A stretch of 64,000 nt of DNA from Eledone cirrhosa (lineage: Eukaryota): positions 50,406,001-50,470,000 of the forward strand of contig OZ024745.1 in assembly GCA_964016885.1 (NCBI GenBank). The letters are read 5' to 3'. The position numbers and the translations under genes are program-made. The notes beneath the pieces are model-generated. The model ran no database searches and was not told the origin of the DNA. It worked only from the letters and a program-made list of their open reading frames with translations. Below are positions 55,989-64,000 of the stretch, piece after piece (position 1 is the first letter of the stretch; the number at the start of each line of letters is the position of its first letter).

Positions 55989-56245
55989 TGTGTGTGTGTG
56001 TGTGTGTATTTATTAAAAAAAAACAGATTAAAGTTTAAGCAAAGAATCGCTGCTTTCACCCTTAACGGGATCTTCTGAAATTAAAAAAATCAATCTGTGA
56101 ACGCAGAAGTAAATATTTCGAAAAACCTTGCAACCGAAGGAAAGCAGGAAGGCGATACTTTGGTTCGTGAAGACGTTCCCTGGCAATGAACGGAAAAAAG
56201 CGAAGATAATACGTCGTTATGTGGAACAATGAGAATATATGTTTG

Positions 56246-56306
<61 letters not shown>

Positions 56307-56352
56307 TAGTATGTGTCTGTGTTTATCATATAAAAACGAACATTGTATATGC

Positions 56353-56385
<33 letters not shown>

Positions 56386-56388
<3 letters not shown>

Positions 56389-56709
56389 TTTTTTTGTTTA
56401 CAATAGTTGATAACTTTGCCTATTAATCCGTATGGGAGAAATGGGGTCCCACGTGCTGGCCTCCCCACAGCCCCGGCGGACAGGATGGAGAAGGCATTTC
56501 CGTGGAGGATGGTAAGGGAGATGCGCTGGAAGAGCTATTCCAACTCGCGAGGCTCACACCTGCGGCTGGCCAGCTCAGCGCCTATGGAGGTGAATAGGGA
56601 GGTAGCCCTAGGGCTAAGGACACCAGATGTCTCCACTGCCAAGGGCACGACCGCGAACCTGTCAGAGAGCGACCGGTACTTGGAGAATTTGGCCTCCTCA
56701 GTCCATGTA

Positions 56710-56710
<1 letters not shown>
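56386..56710 (-). mobile_element. 3' fragment of a restriction-like-endonuclease non-LTR element (CRE-like) in (TA)n
   Basis: Minus frame not in the ORF track: EEAKFSKYRSLSDRFAVVPLAVETSGVLSPRATSLFTSIGAELASRRCEPRELE*LFQRISLTILHGNAFSIL. Ends in a short A run before (TA)n. Confidence 0.7.
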
Positions 56711-56766
<56 letters not shown>

Positions 56767-59077
56767 TAACAGATTAAAGTTTAAACTAAGATTCGCTGCT
56801 TTCACCCTTAATGAGATCTTCTGAAACTATGGTTCTTATATATTTGATATATATTTATCTTCATCGAGCTCTCTTTGGATTTTCGTCTTCACATTTATTA
56901 TTATTACTATATTATATACATATATATATGTGTGTGTGTGTTTATGATATTAAAAAAAAATTGTATATGCTACTATATATATATAATATAATATATCAAA
57001 GGTATATATTGAGTCAGACACTCAAAATAGTCTCTTACAATAAAATAGCTCTAGGAAAGAGATTTTTCCGAGCCGTATATTATAATTGAATATAAAAGAG
57101 AGATAAACACAGATATATACATATATGTGTTCAAATTGTAAGGGACCAGATTCGCTAAGGTGAAAAAATAATTTGCGAAAAATAATTTGCGAAATAGCAT
57201 AGCCAACCGCTGTCTGGGTGATTGGTAGTTACCACAATTCCGGTTTGTATTTATTTTCTTGATTTATTCTTAAATTGAGTCTGGCAAACCCTATTGTCCG
57301 TTAGTCCCTTACGATTTGAACACATATAAAATAAACATTGTATATGCTATTCATCATCATCATTTTACGTCCGCTTTTCCCTGCTTGCAAGGGTGGGACG
57401 GATCCTATCTCTCCATTCATTTACAGAGACCAAATCACTAACGTCCGAGACAGGTTGAGGAGGTTCGTATCTCGCGTACATACAGTGATTATTGAGTGCA
57501 TAGACGTAGTCGTGTCTTTTGACACAAACTGAAGAGTCCTTCTAACCCCTTATTTGACAATTTTCTATGGCTGCATGCCCTTCCTAACAGCATGTGTGTG
57601 TATATCACCAGCACTAGGGAGGCTGTCATGTCCTTGACACAACTAAAGGGTCCTCCCAACCCTTTTAGGCATGGTTTCTACAGAGATATGCACTTTCTGT
57701 TGCCAACCACTTATACAGAGTGTACCAGGTGCATTTTTGTAGCACCATCACTAGAGAGATTGTTGACCATAGACCCAACTGTGGAGTCCGCTCAGCTCTG
57801 GGGAGTGGGCAATAAGGGAAGGAGATAGGTATGAAGTTATAGGTGTTAGTGGGGATGGGTAGGGGTGGCTGATTAGTGTATGGGGATGTAGTGGTGTGAG
57901 GGATGTGGTCAATATTGTGAGGGTGTGACATGATGGAGAGATAGGAAAGCGGGTAATGAGGGGACAAGGGATAGAGAAAGTAGTTATTAGGGTACATATC
58001 TTTAGAGGGGGTAGTAGTAGTTAAGGAGTGGTTCTGGAGGGGGCATGTATGTATATATATGATATATATGGGTCAGTGCGTGTGTGTGTAGTCAATTGGT
58101 ACTCTTTATTGATGCTGAGGCCACCTTTAACTGCCCCTGGTTCTATGATACAAAGCTATTTATTTTAGGGTGTTCACATTTGTGGAAAAAAAACTTCCTT
58201 CATAATTTTATATAAGAATTTCTATGTTCTAAACACCCGCTTAATACTGAGAATATTAGTTATATTATCAAATTCCTCCAATTCTTGATTATTTTCAAAG
58301 TTATTTGAAAATACTAAGCAGTTTGTTTTATTAGAAATATGGTTACAAAATGGTTAATGAATTTTTACAAGGTTTTTGAGACATTATACAGTAAACAGTT
58401 AAAGGGAGATAATCGCATTCTCGAATAACTTCTAAAAATGTCTTCTAGACACTAAGGCTCGACAGAAATTGATGAATTTGTTTGATGTTCAAGCCGTTTT
58501 TTTTTTAAATATAGTTATTAGCGATACATATGTATAAAACTGGTCATAAACAGTAATTAGAACCATAGCGGGCCCGCGGTCCATCGTTAGCTGACTTTCT
58601 ACTCTTCAAATAACAACATCGTATACATCAAGATATTAGAATTATTTTCAAGAGACAAATTAAAAAATATAATGTAGAAATATATTTAAAGGGAAGAAGT
58701 AATAATTAAAGGGATCCAGTTATTTTACACAATAATATCTATTTTTCTATGTCGCCCTGATGTCAACATTGCATTTCATTCTTCTGAAGGCGATAAAATA
58801 GCGTGCCAGAGATTGATATAATCAATCCACCCTAAACTGCTAGCCCTGTATCTAAAGTAGAAACTATAATTATTGGTGAGGTAGTGAGTACAATATATTT
58901 TTTTGCGACAAAACGGGATGTTAGTGTTTTGTACTTGGCTGTAAGGGGAAGATTTCAATTACTTGAATAGTACCGTCCCTTCCTCGTTATTACATAACAA
59001 AACAGTGTATATTTTAAAGTGAAGTAATATTTTGTTAACAAACTTAACTTTCTTGGCGCCAAAAAATGTTTTCTCAC

Positions 59078-59130
59078 CTTTTAAGAAATGTTAGAAATGT
59101 TCTTATTTTGAAAAACAAAAACAAACTGTC
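59078..59130 (-). other. RSPH3: Putative non-coding first exon of RSPH3 (5' end approximate)
   Basis: Minus-strand donor AAG|GTGAGA at 59077, just downstream of the X-box. RSPH3 coding exon 1 is preceded by a splice acceptor, so an upstream UTR exon is expected. Confidence 0.4.
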
Positions 59131-59136
59131 GTTTCT

Positions 59137-59161
59137 TGTTTACTTAGGTTGCTATGGAGAC
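59137..59161. promoter_or_regulatory. Candidate forkhead (FOXJ1-type) site plus RFX X-box in the divergent RSPH3/TMEM242 promoter
   Basis: TGTTTAC at 59137-59143 and GTTGCTATGGAGAC at 59148-59161 (near match to the X-box consensus GTNRCC/YATRGYAAC). A second TGTTTAC is at 59236-59242. RFX/FOXJ1 control of motile-cilia genes is established. Confidence 0.6.
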
Positions 59162-59396
59162 TTTTCATGTCGCAGTGAATGAAAATTTGACTGTGATTGC
59201 TTCAAAACTTTTACTGTAATTATCGGTTTCTTTTCTGTTTACTAACAGTAAAATGTACGAAATAAAATTGGTGCCGTTAATTGTTTAATTTTTAAACAGA
59301 AATAATCCTTTAAAAATATGATGATATTAAAATACAAATTTTAATATTTAATACAGTTTATTGTCGTAATTTCTTCACCTTGGAAATGTTTTCAAA

Positions 59397-59547
59397 ATGT
59401 CTTCTTCGAAGGCTTTTGATGAAGACGAAGGAACTGAGAAAGGGTTAAATGGCCAAATGGAACCGAAATCTACGTTATTAGTTGCAACAAATGGTGATGA
59501 TAAACAGATTAGTAATTCACGAAGCCAGAGACTATCTAATATGAAAG
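59397..59547 (+). CDS. TMEM242: Transmembrane protein 242, coding exon 1
   Basis: ATG in an aaaATG context, MSSSKAFDEDEG...SNMK. Donor AAG|gtatta is phase 1 and joins exon 2 in frame to give KGAAFF (compare vertebrate KGGIFL). Confidence 0.75.
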
Positions 59548-60650
59548 GTATTATCTATTTTGTATTAATTATAGTTAGACATTAATTAAGCGATCACATG
59601 TAACCCTAGATCAGCCGCGGTCTATGATCTAAGATGTTCCAACCAAAGTGATCTAAGATGTTCTAACCAGAGTTCATTTCCTAGTAAGGTCTATTTTGCC
59701 CTTCATCTCCACCTAGGTGTCAATTATACAGATTTCATTACAAAATAGCATGTTTTCCTTCAACAGTATCATTATACTTGATAAATTATGAATCCGGGAA
59801 AGGAGTCGAATTTTATTGATATACCGTAGAAATGTAATTAAATTGAGGTTACTATTTCATTAACATATTTCTAATAACATACATTGTTTGAATTAATCAA
59901 TGAAGAATTTGGAAGGATTTACTAAAATCATTTCAATTATTAAGATGGTATTTGTAACACGATAAAAACGTTTTAATATAAAATTATTTTTTAAGGTTTT
60001 AATTTAAATAAGAACCTTTTAAATGGGTGGTTTTTGTTTCATAGAACCACAGGCTGTTTGGAGCAGGTTGGTGTTGAAATTTTGTTTCCTATTTCATCCG
60101 TTCACCGAAAAAGTGGCGAATTGGCAGAGATATTAGAGCGTTAGACAAAGTGTATAACGATGTTTGTTCAAATTCAGCTGAGGTCAATTTAGTTATTCCT
60201 CCTTTAGAGGTCGATAAAATAAAGTACCACCTGTCCATGGCGATGGATTGGTGGAATTGTTAGAACATCGGATGAGCTACCTTGTAGTTCTTTGTACCAG
60301 CTCTTGGTCTATGTGTGTGGTAGACTTATTCCGTAACCCGATTTAACACCAAACCATCTCTCCTGGTCCTTGTGTGTCTTTGGCGAAGTTCATTCTGTTG
60401 CAAGCATTCTGACCAGATCCCTGGACACTTTCGTAATCGTATTTCTAATGAAACAAACTCTTTTAATTAATTATTCCATTGCTAAGATTGTAACTTAATA
60501 ACTGGTTTTTATGTAACATAATGTTGGAAGATTTTAATTTAAACAAGAACCCTTTGATCAATTTGTTGCTGTTTTTTCTAATGAATTAAGAAAGAATTTT
60601 GACGGTTTTACTAAAATTATTATTTCACTGCTCATAATTATTTGTTTCAG

Positions 60651-60751
60651 GAGCTGCCTTCTTTACAACTTTAACTACAGCTTCACTTCTGTTTGGGTTT
60701 AGTACAACTGTTCTTATGGCAAAGAAAAAAGACCCTACTATGTTTGCTAAG
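60651..60751 (+). CDS. TMEM242: TMEM242 coding exon 2 (absent from the ORF track)
   Basis: tttcag|GA GCT GCC... encodes GAAFFTTLTTASLLFGFSTTVLMAKKKDPTMFAK then gtaaat. Matches the TMEM242 TM1 and GF.TT...AKKK.P..F.K motif. Confidence 0.92.
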
Positions 60752-62754
60752 GTAAATAGTTTCAAAGTGTTTATATTTATCTAAAAACTTTCGTTCAGAA
60801 TTTTATCCAAGAAACTTTGTAAAATTGTGTTCCAGACACCAACTTAATATTGAGAAAGTGAGTTATATTACTAAATCACTCCAAATCTTGATTATTTTCA
60901 AAATGATTTGAAAATCATAGACAGCAGACTTAAAGTGTTTACACTGTTTAAACAACCAGGGCTGTTTATATCCTGTATAATGTCCTGCATCATAGCAGTT
61001 CGATGGGTGAAGATCAGTGAAATAGGCAAGGATTGGCATTGGGAAGGACATATGGCCATAGAATATTACCTCAAAAAAGTCTCATCTAACTCATGTTAGC
61101 ATAGAAGAGCAGATGTAAAAAATGATATAACAATATTATACTTCAAAATAAACAAGAGTTGGCATCTGGCTGTAAAACACTGTCTCAGAATAATCTTGTC
61201 CAGCCCCTCCCAACCTGGAAAAACAGGCATAAAAATGAAAAATAAAAATAAACAATAATATTAATATAACCTACCAGGTTGTCCTTCCACCATCATTTTT
61301 CTCTCTGTTGTAATTTAAATCTTGACAAACATTATCTTTGTATATTTCATCTTCCTCCTCACCACCACAGTCTCTTCATACCAAATACTTCTTCAACAGA
61401 CCCTCACATCAACTATTATACCCCCAGCATCCACTATATATCTACCAACAACTTGCTTCACTAGGACTGCCTTACCAACCTACCAAACTACATCATAAAA
61501 GCCCTGTTAAATTTGTTTTCCTTCACAATAACAAGCGAAGTAAGATGTATTATACATAAACATCAATAATTTATATCAACGACTCTATCTGTTTTCTTGT
61601 GTGACACTAAACATTCATTGGCAAAGGAAACAGTTTTCTTCTTTATGCAACACCATATAAGACTAAATATCACTGTACAAAACTACACAACCCAGTTCAA
61701 CACTACCCTCCTTTATACAGCCCTATCCACCATTACACCACAATTACACAGAACTATCCAATACACAGCCACTGTCTTTATATAACACTACCCAGTCCAC
61801 TTTCCACCACACCACCAGCATCATCTTTCACCATCAGTAGTAAGGTGATGGTTTGATGTTTAGAAATTGAATCATTTACAGGAGATTGTTGAAGCAGGTG
61901 TTTCCCTATCGGGATGTTATTACTGCCAATCACTCAACTGTGAAATCTAGGACATCAGAGTGAGATTGATAATAAGAGTAATAAGACTTTGGTTTAGAAC
62001 GCTCCATTAACTATGGCTAGAGAGCAGTTTTTTGAGCTGGACATCTCTCCCTACTGCCTCCTCTCATATGTATATACAGTTGCTGATCGTCTTTAAAGTA
62101 CATCCTAATATCCATTACAATATTTTTTAATTAACTTATGTTCTCTTATTCTCAATCATCATTTTACATTCACTTTCCATGTTGGCATTGGTTGGACAGG
62201 TTGTCCAACCAATGCCAACATAACAATAGTCTGAGTTGGTTCTGATCTGGAGTTACAGTATATTCTGTTATGTGATTGGTATTATGAAGGGCATCCAACT
62301 GTGGAAACCATGCCAAAGAAGGGTCAAAAGGACTCTTTAGTCACATCAAGGGGATATGGCGACCTCCCAAGTGCTGGTGCTATGCTATGCTAAACTGTAC
62401 CTAGTACACTATGTAAAGTGGTTGTTGTTAGGAAAGGTATTCAGCTGTAGGATCCTCTCAGCCCTTTTTTTAGCATGGGTTCTACAGCTGGATGCACTAC
62501 CTAACACCAACCACTTTACAGAGTGTAATGAGTACTTTTTATCATGACACCAGCACTAGGTAGGTTTTCTTGTACTTAACAAAACTGAAGAATCTTTTCA
62601 AAGGGGACATTAGCTCCAATTAAGTACTTAGTCTCTGGTTACCCAGCCAACTTATGACTACATGGAAGACCAATTAAATGATGATGATAATACTCATATT
62701 TTTTTTTTAAAGTTCCATTACATTATTGTGACATTTGACTTTTATTTTATGCAG

Positions 62755-62892
62755 ACCCTGATCCCTAGCCGAGAATACCCTGTCACTGGACACGCCTTTG
62801 CTGCTCGGGCACTTGCATGGGGGACGTTATATTCAGTAACTGGTGTTTCTCTTTTAACCTTTGCAGTGTGGAAGATGCTAGGTGTTCATAAC
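62755..62892 (+). CDS. TMEM242: TMEM242 coding exon 3 (gene continues beyond the window)
   Basis: gcag|TLIPSREYPVTGHAFAARALAWGTLYSVTGVSLLTFAVWKMLGVHN|gtaagt. Matches the TMEM242 A.RAL.WG.LY...GV....FAVWK.LGVH motif. Confidence 0.93.
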
Positions 62893-63542
62893 GTAAGTGT
62901 CTATTAGTTCTATAGATATTGTATTACTTAGGTTTTTAGTTGGTTTACATGGTTGTTTTTCATTATTTTATACCCGACTTGGGAGCCATATTGAATTGTT
63001 TAGTTTTAAAAGGCTATATTCTACACTACAGAATATATCTACTAGCAGGGAAATCAGATGTTATATGTTGATGATATCATTATCACTGCTTTCTTTACTG
63101 ATATTGGTTGGCTGGATTGTCACGTTCTAAGTCTAGACAACTCGGGTGACCAAGCCGTGCTCATACATTTTGGCATGGTTTCTATAGTTGGATGCCCTTA
63201 ACACTAATCCCATTACAGTGTTTACTGGGTCAATTTTCTAATTTTCAGAGTGTTCTGAGTGCATTTGATCATATGACCAGCACTACCACTTTACAGAGTA
63301 TGTTGGCTGAATTTTATTGTGGTACCAGTACTAAAGAAGTTGTGTCATACCCTTATTTAGCATGCTTTCTATGGTTGGATGCCCTTCTTAAGGTCAACCA
63401 TTTTACAGTTTTGGCTAAAAATCTAGATATATTTTGTAGTACAGTATAGCATTGAAGAGTTTATATTTATCAAAACATTTACCATCATAATTTTATGTAA
63501 GAATTTTTGTTGTGCCAAAAACCAAATTAATGAGAAAGTTAA

Positions 63543-64000
63543 TCTATATATCTAAAACAGAGAATGTCTCTCTGTCTCCCTAAAACTCGGGAAACGCCCA
63601 ACCGATTTTTTTCAAACTTTACACGTTATACTTATGGTTGTGTGAGTGTTTTGAGCAAAAAATATTTCAAATTTTCAATGGCTTAGGGACCGCATATTTT
63701 AGGCTTTAAAGGCTTTTTTGAGGCATAACGGGACAATAATTCAGGCGATTTCTCCAAAATTTGCATTACTTATGTCGTTTAAAGTATTTTGAGCAAAAAA
63801 GATTTTCTCATTTTTTGCCACAAGGACCGCATTAGGCGAAAAACCGATTTTTTTTAAAAGCATTTTCGTTGCGTTAGGGCCTGTAACTCGAGAAGTACCC
63901 AACCGATTTTTTTTTTTAACTTTGCATATGCATTACTTATGTTTCACAAATTTTCTTGACTGAAAACGATTTCAAATTTTTGCCCGGGGTCTGCATTGTT
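63543..64000 (+). mobile_element. Probable 5' part of a non-autonomous Helitron-like repeat
   Basis: A|TCTATATATCTAAAA start, with internal subrepeats (aactcg..cccaaccgattttttt..aacttt). The 3' end is outside the window. Confidence 0.4.

Noticed and set aside
56407-56769. Plus-strand 120-aa ORF
   Set aside because: It is the antisense shadow of the minus-strand CRE-like endonuclease fragment.

Overview
Eukaryotic, AT-rich animal genomic DNA saturated with microsatellites ((TA)n, (CA)n, (GA)n, (GATA)n, (TAG)n, (CAA/CCA)n). The repeat landscape is most consistent with an octopus/cephalopod genome (inference). Most ORF-track entries are microsatellite artefacts. Two real intron-containing host genes sit head-to-head at the right end: radial spoke head protein 3 (RSPH3, minus strand, six coding exons at 47397-52920) and TMEM242 (plus strand, three exons from 59397, continuing past the window). 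Between them is a candidate RFX X-box plus forkhead promoter. The rest is a community of mobile elements lodged in microsatellites. It includes a Tx1/L1-clade LINE with an uninterrupted 1145-aa ORF2, present as three tandem copies each bounded by (GATA)n, and a near full-length Penelope-like element (RT + GIY-YIG) in (TA)n. There are also RTE, CRE-like, mariner/Tc1 and Helitron-like remnants and many tRNA-derived SINEs. The most notable signal is a dense set of short, often palindromic modules inside (TA)n tracts that carry minimal hammerhead-ribozyme motifs, both canonical and recurrent non-canonical core variants. All calls come from reading the sequence by eye; no database searches or folding programs were run.
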